Below are positions 35,601-45,002 of a stretch of 64,000 nucleotides of DNA, one piece after another. Every line of letters begins with the position of its first letter. The stretch's first letter is position 1. Source of the DNA: Fibrobacteria bacterium (lineage in GTDB: Bacteria; Fibrobacterota; Fibrobacteria; UBA11236); NCBI GenBank assembly GCA_043732185.1, contig JAYTHY010000036.1, positions 1 through 64,000 on the forward strand, read 5' to 3'. Below the pieces are notes generated by a model. The model had not been told where the DNA came from and ran no database searches. It was given only the letters and a program-made list of their open reading frames with translations. The translations under genes and the position numbers were made by a program.

Positions 35601-36166
35601 TTGACGGTTTCCTCCGCTGCCACACCATGGGATTGCACGCACAGGTATACATTTTCCTTTCCGAATAAATCGGAATAGGCTTCCAGGATTTCCAGGGCCC
35701 GGCTGTCATTGCCTTTCAGAATATGCTGGCCTACTTCACCCTGAAAATTGGCGGTGAGACAAATCAGACCTTGGCTGCGGCCCTTCAGCGATTCATGATC
35801 GATTCGGGGTTTCTGATAGAAGCCGTCGAGGTATCCATCCGAACAGATGCGCAGAAGATTTTTATACCCGATATTGGTAGCGGCCAGCAATATAATTTTA
35901 GCATGGGTAACTTGATTGGCTGAATAGGTGCGATTGGTGCGTCTATCCGGCGCAACATAAAGATCACAGCCCAATAGCGGTTTGATACCCGCTTTTTTGG
36001 CCGCGTGGTAGAATTCGAGAATGCCAAACATGTTGCCGTGGTCGGTCAAGGCCAAGGCCGGCTGTAGCATGGCAGCGGCCTTTTTCACCAAGGCGCTGGT
36101 GCGCGCCGAGGACTGGAGCATCGAGTACTCCGAATGGGTATGGAGATGGACGAATCGTTTCTCCAT
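32669..36166 (-). CDS. dnaE: DNA polymerase III alpha subunit
   Basis: HLHTHSEYS PHP start, GPGRGSAVGS, FERFLNPERVSMPDIDTDF, LKMDFLGL, YAFNKSH and OB fold. Start is ATG 36166 or GTG 36172. Confidence 0.98.
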   Translation of the reverse strand: MEKRFVHLHTHSEYSMLQSSARTSALVKKAAAMLQPALALTDHGNMFGILEFYHAAKKAGIKPLLGCDLYVAPDRRTNRTYSANQVTHAKIILLAATNIGYKNLLRICSDGYLDGFYQKPRIDHESLKGRSQGLICLTANFQGEVGQHILKGNDSRALEILEAYSDLFGKENVYLCVQSHGVAAEETVNRRFLELHKSAGWKLVAVNDVHYLEKADAEAHEILLCIEGGHKIKEPNHPRFPSDQYYLRSAEEMESLFGEYPQALENTIRISDQCDVTIEFGKLHLPQFPIPDTFSDGDQYLAHLARQGLAKRYPVVTPELTDRLEFELKVMKDMNVAGYMLIVQDFINAARGMDIPVGPGRGSAVGSLVSFAVGITDVDPIRYKLLFERFLNPERVSMPDIDTDFSDSGRQAAIQYVVEKYGTDSVAQIVTYGRLKAKAALKDVARVLGIDHKEVDKINKLIPALTKGLVRPASDKKSENSYVSDIPEVLKAIESGGVPYKQMWNYALSLEGVVRQAGMHAAAVIIAPQAVVNFAPLFRQPDSDQVMIQYDMTYSESIGLLKMDFLGLRNLSVIKDALLQVEQTTGVKLDLFTLPEKDGPTFQLLGKGLTVGIFQFESGGMQDYLRKLKPSSVEDMIAMNALYRPGPMQFIGQYIARKHGMEPMDCYHKDLEPILKETYGVIVYQEQVMQIAQILCGFSLGGADLLRRAMAKKDEKKMAELHPKFVDGAKARGYDPKLAERIWKVLLPFSEYAFNKSHSAAYATIAYQTAYLKANFPAQFMAANMNSEMHDTSRLVILLNDCKNMGLQVTFPNINVSLAKYSVMDGKIVYGLGGIKNVGLTAVEKIVQERDAHGPFTSIFDLCQRVDSQYLNRRALESLILGGALPDELPGNRAQQFAAVETALAFAQSFQQDRSVGQVSLFGGASAGSAGSLDASQPQLPNVDPWPYNEMLEKEREVLGLYLSGHPLEPYRAELAGFVTSTLDPERIRSLAPDSNVVFGGMITKLKTLLGQKDNRAFAFADLQDFVGQCEVVFWSDTFEEVRQLVEIDSMVLIRGTYKRNEEKNTAKLIATKVLPLAEARGKLTRSVHVRMKTTGLQEPNVQRLHDLCSEYEGTCQLVLHLEGQGHGDISVVSEKIRLSPEISCTKAISSLVGADNVWISSKAY

Positions 36167-36172
36167 ATCCAC

Positions 36173-38074
36173 CTACTCCATAATCCGCATGGCTTTCACA
36201 TTCTCAAGCACATACTCGTTCCTGTGTCCGGATTCCATTTCTATGCCAATGAGCTTTACTGGATTACGATTTTTGAGAATGAGCAGAGGTTTCAAGGCAA
36301 TGCGCTTGGGCGCGGGCGAGGGATAACTGAATTCGATTTTCAATTCTTTGGCGATGGCCTCTTCGAGGTTTCCAATCAGCTGTGCCATTTCCTGCTCCCG
36401 CGAGGCTACGGAAAATTTGTCTTGGGGCACGGCCGGCTGGGCGCGCAAATTGCCGGGAGTTTCCCGGTAGGCCAGTTGGCCTAAGGTAGGAACCGCAAGT
36501 TCCCATGTCCCGCCCATAGGTGTCAGGGCAACCTTTTCCAATTGTACAGTGCGTCGCGAGTCTTCGCCAGGTACAAGGCCGAAGTGTTGTAGCAATTCCT
36601 TCACTTGGGGTTTGTTCTGGCGGTTCAGTACAAACCCATAATCGGGAATGACCTCGGTGATGAGTTCCAGGAATTGTGGGATTTCTTGCAGCTCTCGGAA
36701 ACGTACCGCGTCGGATACTCTGAGTACCAGCGCATCCATGAAAAGGGTAGAGGCATAAGTTGAAGCCCAATCCAGCAGGGTTCGTCGCGCGGGAGCTTCG
36801 AAGCCGAGCCAGGTAAGCGTATGCTTGAACTCCTCCATGGGAAGCCCGGCTTGCAACCCTTGGATGACGCTCTCCTTGGTGAAATGATAACGTCCCATGA
36901 ATTCGTCATTGCACTTTTGTCCCACCAATTCCAAATCGTGGAGCAAGTTGAGGGGCGAGTCCAGTGGAACCAAGCTTTCCAGATTGGGCAAACTGATGGG
37001 CCGCGAAGAGCTGGATTCCATTTCTTGATTGGCTGAGTACAGGTGTAAACTTTCTGGTGCGGTTCGAATCCAGGCTATGCGACCTTTTGCCATTCCGAAA
37101 TCAACCAAGCCCAGAAGCCAGAGTTCCTGTAAAACCTTGGGAAGGTTTTCCCAAGTGAAAGCACTTTTTTCGTCCAAATAGGTTTTGCGTTGTGGACCAG
37201 AATAGATCCAGAATACATTGGCCCAAAGTGAAATCCTGGAAGCGGAAAGTGTTCCAATCGATTCTGAAAGCGCCAAACTGAATAGCGCCTTTAAGGTGTG
37301 GGACATGCCATGCAAACGACTCGATGTCCACCAATGGGCCATACGCAACCAGGCATCGTTGCGGCTTTCCTTGAGCAAGGACTTGCCTTCCACGGAAAGG
37401 TGAAGCACTCCGTCTTCCTGCAATACAAGATGCGTGGCGACTGCAAAGTGGAGCAGAAACTGAACTTCTTCTCCAGGCAAAGCAGAGGACAGTTTTTCCC
37501 CAAAGGAAAATCGTTGTGACAATTCCAGTAAATCTTTCCTGTGCATTTCACCGCTTTGGGTGATTTTAACTGCGCCCAGTTCCACTTGCGTGAGAAAATG
37601 ACAAAGATGCGAAGTTAGGAAATGCTTATAGCTGATCCAGTTCGTGCCCTCCTGACTTGGGCCGTAGGTGCATAACTCTTTGAGCACCGCGGGAAGGATC
37701 CCTTGCGCCATTTCCCGGAAGCCGTAATAGACACGGGATTTTTCCAGATCACGGGTAAAGATCAGCAGCTCCTGCTCCATTTTTCCAAGCAGCATCAGGA
37801 CTTGGGAGGGCGGGAACCCGTCCAAGGAGCTCAGCAATTCAGCTTCCGTAGCTCCGCGGTCTTCGGCGACATAAATCAAGGCCAGTAGATATCGGCCTTG
37901 TTTCTCAACTTCCTGCAGCCTGCTGAGAATGCGTTCGTTTTCCAGCGCCCAGGCATAAACCAGTTCAATAACCTTCGCAGCCTGCATCAAGCCTACATTG
38001 GGGTCACTGCGCCTGTGAAGCTTTATGACATAGGATTTTGGGGCATCCGTCAAGAATTCGAGAAGGGAGTGCAA
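36173..38074 (-). CDS. Helicase-associated (Helicase_C_3/XPB-N-like) domain protein with C-terminal WYL-like domain
   Basis: KITQSGEMHRKDL; LPNLESLVP...YHFTKESVIQGLQAG...LLDWA (Helicase_C_3-like); LEEAIAKELKIEFSY...LKPL...RNEYVLENV (WYL-like). No helicase motor motifs. Confidence 0.7.
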   Translation of the reverse strand: MHSLLEFLTDAPKSYVIKLHRRSDPNVGLMQAAKVIELVYAWALENERILSRLQEVEKQGRYLLALIYVAEDRGATEAELLSSLDGFPPSQVLMLLGKMEQELLIFTRDLEKSRVYYGFREMAQGILPAVLKELCTYGPSQEGTNWISYKHFLTSHLCHFLTQVELGAVKITQSGEMHRKDLLELSQRFSFGEKLSSALPGEEVQFLLHFAVATHLVLQEDGVLHLSVEGKSLLKESRNDAWLRMAHWWTSSRLHGMSHTLKALFSLALSESIGTLSASRISLWANVFWIYSGPQRKTYLDEKSAFTWENLPKVLQELWLLGLVDFGMAKGRIAWIRTAPESLHLYSANQEMESSSSRPISLPNLESLVPLDSPLNLLHDLELVGQKCNDEFMGRYHFTKESVIQGLQAGLPMEEFKHTLTWLGFEAPARRTLLDWASTYASTLFMDALVLRVSDAVRFRELQEIPQFLELITEVIPDYGFVLNRQNKPQVKELLQHFGLVPGEDSRRTVQLEKVALTPMGGTWELAVPTLGQLAYRETPGNLRAQPAVPQDKFSVASREQEMAQLIGNLEEAIAKELKIEFSYPSPAPKRIALKPLLILKNRNPVKLIGIEMESGHRNEYVLENVKAMRIME

Positions 38075-38300
38075 TCGACCATACCTGTTTAATTTGGGAT
38101 AAGGGGAGTAAATATAATTCCTAAGTGACTGGTCAATATCTACTCATACCTTCCGGAAATTGGGATCGATTTACCACCTTAAAGGGTCCACGGCATTCTA
38201 TTTTGGAGGAGAACAGCGAAAAGCACCTGGTTACGACCTAAACCATACTTTGGCCCTGGAATTGCTTATTGGACCCATAGGAATATTCAGTCTGATTCAA

Positions 38301-39509
38301 ATGAATGCCCAAATGAAACCAAACAGCACTTTTTTAGCCAGAAATCGGCTTTTTATCCACCTATTGAGCAAGGTTTTAGCCATTGCGCTGATTTTTCAAA
38401 TGAGTGCCAATGCCCTTTTCCTAAAGGAACCTATAACGGCCATGCGAGTGGCCAATAACAGCATTGTTATGGATGGACGGCCGGATGCAATTTGGAAGGC
38501 ACTTGCGGCGCGTTACAGTTCCAACACCCTCAGTTTTAGCAGTTATCCCAATATTGTGCTCCTACAATCCGATGCCATTCGCAATGCCCCTCCAGCCAAT
38601 TATTACACGGCACCCTCGCTGGGTTCTATAACCATGGTAGCCGCTTACGATGACTTTGCACTTTACTTTTTTTTCTTGGTTAAAGAGAACACCGCATTTA
38701 ATCCTACTACACTGTGCACGGCAACGAATCTTTGGAAAGCCAATACCCCTGAGGTGTTTATCGATCCCTCCCCTTGGGATGAGAACAATTATCGCGCCTA
38801 TTTTTCTTTGGATGGCACTGGACTGGTATTTGGTACCTCTCCGAAAACCGTTCAACTGGATAAGCCTATTTATCCCACGGATACACGGTTCTTTTTTCGA
38901 AATCGCAAAACAGCTCCAGATAAATTTCAGATTCCAGCCTCCCCTCCAAGCGGGGTATTGGCCATGGCCTCGGTCCATTCCAAAAATGACAGTTTGCTGG
39001 TTGGAGTAGAAATGAAAGTTCCCTATTGGACCGGCAACGCTATAGATTTCGAGCCCGGAAAAAGCATGTTCATTTCATGGGGATATAACCACTATCCCAA
39101 TGCTGGCAAAGCCAATTGCGATTCCACACCAATTGCGTACAGATGGGCCAAGCACTATTTGACTTATACCGCCGGGGATGCGAATAAACCGGTAGGTTGG
39201 CGCGCAGGAGACAGCACCCACTTTGATCCAACGCGTTCTTGGGACGGGTGGGGACGGTTCGATCTCTACTCTGGATCGGTATACACGGGGAATTGCACTT
39301 TTACGGATACCGCAACATGGGAATTAAGTAGATGGAGCCAGATGTGCTCACCTGCAACGGAAATAGCCTCTCCTGAGAAAAAGGTTCCCAAAAAGAAAGA
39401 ACGGCCATCACTAAAGCCGTTCTTATTTCAAGATGTACTGCGGGATGCACGGGGCCGATTAGTCGAGGCCCCAGTCAAGATTCACTTCGGCAAAGCCCCT
39501 TCGCCGTAG
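38301..39509 (+). CDS. Secreted CBM9/DOMON-like sugar-binding protein with short C-terminal tail
   Basis: Signal peptide (VLAIALIFQMSANA), IVMDGRPDAIW, AAYDDFALYFFF, EVFIDP and EMKVPY motifs; basic tail ending RDARGRLV. Start likely ATG 38301 or 38313. Confidence 0.6.
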   Translation: MNAQMKPNSTFLARNRLFIHLLSKVLAIALIFQMSANALFLKEPITAMRVANNSIVMDGRPDAIWKALAARYSSNTLSFSSYPNIVLLQSDAIRNAPPANYYTAPSLGSITMVAAYDDFALYFFFLVKENTAFNPTTLCTATNLWKANTPEVFIDPSPWDENNYRAYFSLDGTGLVFGTSPKTVQLDKPIYPTDTRFFFRNRKTAPDKFQIPASPPSGVLAMASVHSKNDSLLVGVEMKVPYWTGNAIDFEPGKSMFISWGYNHYPNAGKANCDSTPIAYRWAKHYLTYTAGDANKPVGWRAGDSTHFDPTRSWDGWGRFDLYSGSVYTGNCTFTDTATWELSRWSQMCSPATEIASPEKKVPKKKERPSLKPFLFQDVLRDARGRLVEAPVKIHFGKAPSP

Positions 39510-39550
39510 CAGATAAAATAGTCCAGGCCTAAAAAAGGCCCGGATCCAAG

Positions 39551-39778
39551 TTACATGGGGTTGTCGCGTTTGCCGCTGCCGTCGTATTCAATAGCAATGG
39601 TGCCCACTGGACAGCCTTCGGCCGCTTCTACGATTTCATCTTTCAATCCCAATTTCGCGCCAGCTTTGATGACCATTTTTTCTGGGACTTCAAAGACTTC
39701 AGGGCAAGTAGCTTCACAAGCCCCGCACATGGTGCATTCATTTTCGCTTTCGTCGAGCCAAACCTTGGTTACGGCCAT
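39551..39778 (-). CDS. Single-cluster [4Fe-4S]/[3Fe-4S] ferredoxin
   Basis: CTMCGACEATCPEVF...CPVG; GGAG RBS. Confidence 0.9.
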   Translation of the reverse strand: MAVTKVWLDESENECTMCGACEATCPEVFEVPEKMVIKAGAKLGLKDEIVEAAEGCPVGTIAIEYDGSGKRDNPM

Positions 39779-40004
39779 TTCTCCAAACTCCTGTCTTATT
39801 CGATATTTTACGGTATGGCCAGGTATTAAGCACTTATTAAAAACCCAGACCCTACCAAAACTCCCCTAAGGGGATTGTTATTACACTTTTTAGAAGATAC
39901 TAGGGCCATGTCTATTTGGCAATAAAAGCGGGTTTTTGATACGGATCAAGAGACGCACTTCAGAGGTACAAAGTGGCGGCCCTACTTGCTATTTTCGCTA
40001 TCCA

Positions 40005-41036
40005 ATGCAAATAGAAGTAGGAATACTCGGAGCGACGGGTTTTACGGGTGGGGAATTGGTGGGTTTGCTGATACGGCACCCGCACGTTCGATTGGCTTGG
40101 CTGAGTTCGGAATCTCAGCCGGGACAGGCCTATGGCAAAGTTTACCCGCAATTTTTGGGGTTTCTCCCCGCAGCTGCTGAGAAAATGAAAAGTTTTGAAG
40201 CCATTAAGGATACGGTTCCCGATGTCGTATTCTCGTGTCTGCCGCATGGCACATCCGCTGAGTGCGTCGCGCCCTTTCTGTCCAATGGCAAAACCTGCGT
40301 GATCGATTTATCGGCGGATTTTCGCCTTAAGGATGCTGGAATTTTCGCTCAAGCGTATGGGCATGCCCATCCTGCTCCTGAACGTCTGCCGGGCAGCTTA
40401 TACGGCCTGTCGGAAATCCATGGGGCAGCAATAATCGGAGCTAAGCTGATTGCCAATCCGGGCTGCTATCCCACCTCGGTGCTGCTTCCGCTTTTTCCTC
40501 TGCTAAAAATGGGATTGATTTCCTACGAAGGTATCATCATCGATTCCAAGTCAGGCGTTTCCGGGGCCGGCAAAAAAGCCACCGAGACCACGCATTATGT
40601 GAACGCCAATGAAAGTGTTGCGGCCTATGCCATCGGGGATCAACATCGCCATCGCTTGGAAATACAGGAACAACTGGGTTTGGCCGCTGGAAAGAAAGTG
40701 GAAGTGCTCTTCACGCCGCATCTCATACCCATGGAAAGAGGCATTCTCTCCACACTCTATTGCGATCTCATGCCCGGAGTGGGCGAGACCGATATTGTTA
40801 CTTGCCTACGCAAACACTATGGCGATTCTGATTTTGTACGCATTCGCGAGGAATTGCCGCGCACCGGTGACGTTAAGCATACCAATCTCTGTCATATCAA
40901 AGCCTATCAGCCGATAGGCAGCCGAAAGCTCATTCTCATTTCCGTGATCGACAATATGGTTAAAGGCGCTTCCGGCCAGGCGGTTCAGAACATGAACTTG
41001 GCATTTGGTCTTTCCCCTAGGCTAGGTTTGATTTAG
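40005..41036 (+). CDS. argC: N-acetyl-gamma-glutamyl-phosphate reductase
   Basis: GATGFTG, LPHG, DLSADFRL, IANPGCYPT, SGVSGAG and DNMVKGASGQAVQN motifs; ATG at 40005. Confidence 0.96.
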   Translation: MQIEVGILGATGFTGGELVGLLIRHPHVRLAWLSSESQPGQAYGKVYPQFLGFLPAAAEKMKSFEAIKDTVPDVVFSCLPHGTSAECVAPFLSNGKTCVIDLSADFRLKDAGIFAQAYGHAHPAPERLPGSLYGLSEIHGAAIIGAKLIANPGCYPTSVLLPLFPLLKMGLISYEGIIIDSKSGVSGAGKKATETTHYVNANESVAAYAIGDQHRHRLEIQEQLGLAAGKKVEVLFTPHLIPMERGILSTLYCDLMPGVGETDIVTCLRKHYGDSDFVRIREELPRTGDVKHTNLCHIKAYQPIGSRKLILISVIDNMVKGASGQAVQNMNLAFGLSPRLGLI

Positions 41037-41041
41037 GCAAG

Positions 41042-41857
41042 TTGACCGGAACTATCGCTACTATGAACGCGTCTTCAAATTTTCCCCGACCCTGCGTCAT
41101 CAAAATCGGCGGCTCGATGATGGATGATGAAACGGCCTTGGTCGGCTTGTGTCAGGCGCTGGTGGAGTTGCGCACAACCGGCATGCGCCTGGTATTAGTG
41201 CATGGCGGGGGTAAGGATATCAACCGGCATCTCGCATGGCTAAATGAAGAACCCGTTTTCCTACAGGGCCTGCGGGTTACCAGTCAGGCAGCCTTGAAAG
41301 TAGTGGAAATGACGCTTACCGGATATGTCAATCAAAAGCTGGTGAGCCTGCTGAATGCGAAGGAGGCTGTGGCGGCAGGCGTTAGCGGAGTGGACGGGAA
41401 TACTTTTCTATGCGAACGCATTTCCGCAGAGTTGGGTCAAGTGGGGCGAATTGTAAAAGTCCATACGGAACTCGTCGACACCTTGCTGGAGGCAGGATTT
41501 CTCCCCGTCGTTTCTCCCATTTCCGTGGATGGCAATCAAGCCCATTTCAATGTCAACGCCGATGATGCCGCTTCCGCATTGGCCGTGGCCATGCATGCTG
41601 AAAAACTGATCTTTGTTTCCGATATCGAAGGGGTGCGGGGACAAGATGGTCTGCGCATTTCCGAGCTGGACGACGCGTCTACGCAGGCGCTTATTCAGGA
41701 TAATGTGGCGACGGGTGGCATGATCCCCAAATTGAATTCGTGCCGGGCCGCCTTAACCAGCGGCGTCGCCCAGGTGCATATCTGCGGCTGGTCCGGATCC
41801 GATCGCTTTGCCGCTCAAGTGCGCGGCGATGTCAATACCGGCACCATCATTCGTTAA
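41042..41857 (+). CDS. argB: Acetylglutamate kinase
   Basis: VIKIGG, VHGGG, GLRVT, NVNAD and GGMIPK motifs; start may be ATG 41063. Confidence 0.95.
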   Translation: MTGTIATMNASSNFPRPCVIKIGGSMMDDETALVGLCQALVELRTTGMRLVLVHGGGKDINRHLAWLNEEPVFLQGLRVTSQAALKVVEMTLTGYVNQKLVSLLNAKEAVAAGVSGVDGNTFLCERISAELGQVGRIVKVHTELVDTLLEAGFLPVVSPISVDGNQAHFNVNADDAASALAVAMHAEKLIFVSDIEGVRGQDGLRISELDDASTQALIQDNVATGGMIPKLNSCRAALTSGVAQVHICGWSGSDRFAAQVRGDVNTGTIIR

Positions 41858-41866
41858 TCCACTCCA

Positions 41867-43069
41867 GTGGAACACTCAAGGAAGGACGTAACATCCATGG
41901 AACCTAATTATTTGATCCAAAATTATGGAGTACGGGATCTCGTCATCGTCCGCGGCCAGGGAAGTTGGGTGTGGGATGATAAAGGAACGCGCTACTTGGA
42001 CTGCGTCTCTGGAATAGCCGTTAACGCCTTTGGCCATTGTTTCCCACCCATTGTAGCTGCCATCCAACAACAGCTCGAATTGTACCTGCATGCCAGTAAT
42101 CTGTATTTGATGCAGCCGCAAATGAAGTTGGCGGAAGTTTTATGCCAGGCCATGGGAATGGACAAAGCCTTCTTTTGCAACAGCGGCACTGAGGCCAATG
42201 AAGGGGCGATAAAATTTGCCCGCAGACATTGGCTTTCCCAAGGTCTGGATCAGAAAATTGAAATTCTTTCCTTTACCTCTTCGTTTCATGGCCGCACGTA
42301 CGCGTCCATGGCGGCGACCGGTCAGGATAAAATCCGAAACGGTTTTGGACCGCTTCCCGGTGGCTTTCGCACGCTCCCTGTAAATGATGCCGCCGCTTTG
42401 CGTGCGGCTGTAGGCCCGCAAACGGCCGCCATTTTGTTTGAGCCATGGTTGGCCGAGGGAGGCATAGTCGCACTGTCTTCCGAAACCATCCAGGCCCTTA
42501 AGGAAGCCCAGTCTAAGGGCGTGCTGCTTATCGCCGATGAAATCCAAACGGGCCTAGGCCGTACCGGGGAGATTTTGGCGTCCAGGGCTATGGGACTGAA
42601 TCCCGATTTGGTGACCCTGGCCAAGGCGCTGGGGGGAGGCTTGCCGCTAGGCGCGGTGTTGATGCAGAATGCGGTGGCGGACTCCATTCATGCGGGTGAT
42701 CACGGTTCCACTTTCGGCGGAAACCCGGTGGCTTGTGCAGCCGGACTGGCGGTGCTCGGTGCATTATTACGCGAGGGATTTCTGGCAGAGGCCCGAATAC
42801 GCGCCGCCGCCCTGCGGCAGGGGCTGCAAACACTTGTGGATCGAAAGGCTGTGGAAGGCATTGCATGCGGTCCGGTTTTAGGAAAGGGATTTCTTACCGG
42901 CTTCCGCTATGGTGGGGATTTAGCGGCTTTGATGCTGTCCTGCCGTCGTCAGGGAGTGCTGGTGCATCGGGCGGGCCAGGATGTTTTAAGACTTTTACCG
43001 CCGATAAACATTTCCAAGGAAGAGATTGGAGAGCTGATTGACCGGTTGGATCGGGCCATGGTAAAATAA
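41867..43069 (+). CDS. argD: Acetylornithine aminotransferase
   Basis: SGIAVNAFGH, FCNSGTEANE, SFHGRT, DEIQTGLGRTG, LAKALGGG and HGSTFGGNP motifs; start may be ATG 41897. Confidence 0.93.
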   Translation: MEHSRKDVTSMEPNYLIQNYGVRDLVIVRGQGSWVWDDKGTRYLDCVSGIAVNAFGHCFPPIVAAIQQQLELYLHASNLYLMQPQMKLAEVLCQAMGMDKAFFCNSGTEANEGAIKFARRHWLSQGLDQKIEILSFTSSFHGRTYASMAATGQDKIRNGFGPLPGGFRTLPVNDAAALRAAVGPQTAAILFEPWLAEGGIVALSSETIQALKEAQSKGVLLIADEIQTGLGRTGEILASRAMGLNPDLVTLAKALGGGLPLGAVLMQNAVADSIHAGDHGSTFGGNPVACAAGLAVLGALLREGFLAEARIRAAALRQGLQTLVDRKAVEGIACGPVLGKGFLTGFRYGGDLAALMLSCRRQGVLVHRAGQDVLRLLPPINISKEEIGELIDRLDRAMVK

Positions 43070-43096
43070 AGCGAAAGCATAACTTCGCAGGTAGCC

Positions 43097-43582
43097 GTGT
43101 CCTCCAAGATGTTCAAGAAAATTACGCGAGCCTACCACATCGGGGACGTTATTTTCCAGCAAGGCTCGAAATGCGACGGAATTTATAGCGTGCAAAAAGG
43201 CTTGGTCTCGGTTTACAAAACCAAAGCGACGCCCCAAGGTCCCGTGGATATTGAGCTGGTCCAGCTTGGGCCGGGCAGCATGTTCGGCGAAATGGGAATG
43301 TTCGACAACACTCCCCGTGACGCTTCCGTCAAAGCCCTGGAGTTTACCGAAGTCATCATCATCACGAGAGAAATGTTCGAATCCCAGATGGCGGCTTTGC
43401 CTCCATGGATCATGAATTTCATCAAAATTCTTTCCGGCCGTCTCCGAGTCACCAATGAAAAATTGGCCGTGGTCATGCAAACGATGGAAACCAATGGCAT
43501 CAAGCCACCGGAAGAGAAATCGGAGCCGGTTGCAGAGGTGAGCCTGATACCACCTGAGTCTGATGATTCTCCCGTCGTCTAA
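43097..43582 (+). CDS. Stand-alone cyclic-nucleotide-binding domain protein (Crp N-domain, no HTH)
   Basis: IFQQG...QKGLVSV...FGEMGMFDNTPRDASVKA followed by a C-helix and an acidic/Pro tail. Confidence 0.85.
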   Translation: MSSKMFKKITRAYHIGDVIFQQGSKCDGIYSVQKGLVSVYKTKATPQGPVDIELVQLGPGSMFGEMGMFDNTPRDASVKALEFTEVIIITREMFESQMAALPPWIMNFIKILSGRLRVTNEKLAVVMQTMETNGIKPPEEKSEPVAEVSLIPPESDDSPVV

Positions 43583-43658
43583 TTCCCCCTGATTTTGTGC
43601 TACATTTATCTTTGCAAACCAGATGCCAGGCGGTTTCCCGGCATCTATGAAAGGTGTC

Positions 43659-44993
43659 ATGGAGAAGCGGAGCAAGAGCAGCGAAACGAAGTCGGTGAAG
43701 AATTCTCACAAGCGTGGCAAAGGCGCTAAGGCCGTTGGGGCCGGTAAGGCTGATAAGGCCGGTAGGGCCGGTAAGCCGAAAGTGGTGTTGGCATATTCGG
43801 GAGGCCTGGATACTTCCGTCATCATTCCTTGGTTGATCGAAAATTACGATGTGGATGTCATCGCGTTTGCAGCCGATATCGGCCAAGGCAAAATCGAAAC
43901 CGACCCACTCAAGGAAAAAGCCGCGCGAACTGGCGCTTCCAAATGTTATGTGCTGGATTTGCGACAGGAATTTTTAGAGGAATATGTTTGGCCCACCTTA
44001 AAGGCAGGGGCTAAATATGAAGGCCAGTATCTCCTCGGTACATCCATGGCTCGGCCCTTAATCGCCAAGCACCAGGTTTTGATCGCCGAGAAGGAAGGCG
44101 CCTATGCCGTGTCCCATGGGGCAACGGGTAAGGGCAACGATCAAGTGCGATTTGAATTGACTTACATGGCCATGAACCCGCACCTCAAAATTATTGCCCC
44201 TTGGAAAGATCCCAAGTGGAATATCCGCTCCCGTGAAGATGCCATTGAATACGCTGAAGAGCGCAATATTCCACTGACGGTATCCAAGAAAAAGATCTAT
44301 TCCGAGGACGGTAATCTTTGGCATTTGTCCCATGAAGGCGGCTCCCTGGAGCATCCCGAAAAGGAACACAATTGGGACATGCTTCGCTGGACGACTCTGC
44401 CGGAAAAGGCGCCCAACGTCGCCGGTTATGTCGACATTGAATTTCATAAGGGCATTCCCGTCGGCTTGGATGGCAAGCGCCTAGGCGCTGTGGCATTGGT
44501 CGAGAAGCTGAATATATTGGGTGGCAAACACGGCTGCGGCTTGGTGGATATGGTTGAAAACCGTCTGGTGGGTATGAAGTCCAGAGGTGTGTATGAAACA
44601 CCCGGCGGCGCGTTGCTCTACCGCGCCCATGAATTCCTGGAACAACTGGTGCTAGATCGGGACACGCTGCTTTATAAGCAAGGCGTGGGCGCAAAATACG
44701 CGCAGATGGTCTATGACGGCTTATGGTTCACGCCATTGCGACAAGCCTTGGACAGCTTTATCAATACAACCCAAGAAGTAGTTACCGGTTCCGTGACGCT
44801 GAAACTGTATAAGGGAAATATGAGTTTGGCCAAGATGTCCAGCCCCTTCTCCTTGTATGATCCAGGTTTGGGCGGATTCTCGGACGTCGATACGTACAAT
44901 CAGCAGGACGCCACAGGGTTTATCAAATGTTTGGGACTGCCGCTCAAAATGCGGGCATTGCTCCTGGGCAAAAAGAGCCCGGTTCGGATCTGA
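43659..44993 (+). CDS. argG: Argininosuccinate synthase
   Basis: [26 protein letters not shown] and [17 protein letters not shown] motifs; Lys/Gly/Ala-rich N-terminal extension; AAAGGTG RBS before ATG 43659. Confidence 0.97.
   Translation: MEKRSKSSETKSVKNSHKRGKGAKAVGAGKADKAGRAGKPKVVLAYSGGLDTSVIIPWLIENYDVDVIAFAADIGQGKIETDPLKEKAARTGASKCYVLDLRQEFLEEYVWPTLKAGAKYEGQYLLGTSMARPLIAKHQVLIAEKEGAYAVSHGATGKGNDQVRFELTYMAMNPHLKIIAPWKDPKWNIRSREDAIEYAEERNIPLTVSKKKIYSEDGNLWHLSHEGGSLEHPEKEHNWDMLRWTTLPEKAPNVAGYVDIEFHKGIPVGLDGKRLGAVALVEKLNILGGKHGCGLVDMVENRLVGMKSRGVYETPGGALLYRAHEFLEQLVLDRDTLLYKQGVGAKYAQMVYDGLWFTPLRQALDSFINTTQEVVTGSVTLKLYKGNMSLAKMSSPFSLYDPGLGGFSDVDTYNQQDATGFIKCLGLPLKMRALLLGKKSPVRI
43722..43775 (+). 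repeat. Six degenerate in-frame 9-bp tandem repeats (consensus GCCGGTAAG) in the argG 5' end
   Basis: GGCGCTAAG GCCGTTGGG GCCGGTAAG GCTGATAAG GCCGGTAGG GCCGGTAAG. Confidence 0.75.
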
Positions 44994-45002
44994 AAGGATT
45001 GC

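Noticed and set aside
32669..36172. Possible intein or split in dnaE
   Set aside because: Length is ordinary, motifs are contiguous, and no intein splice-junction motifs were seen.
37058..37075. GGTTCGAATCC, a tRNA T-loop-like sequence
   Set aside because: Flanks cannot form a 5-bp T stem or acceptor stem, and it lies inside a long CDS.
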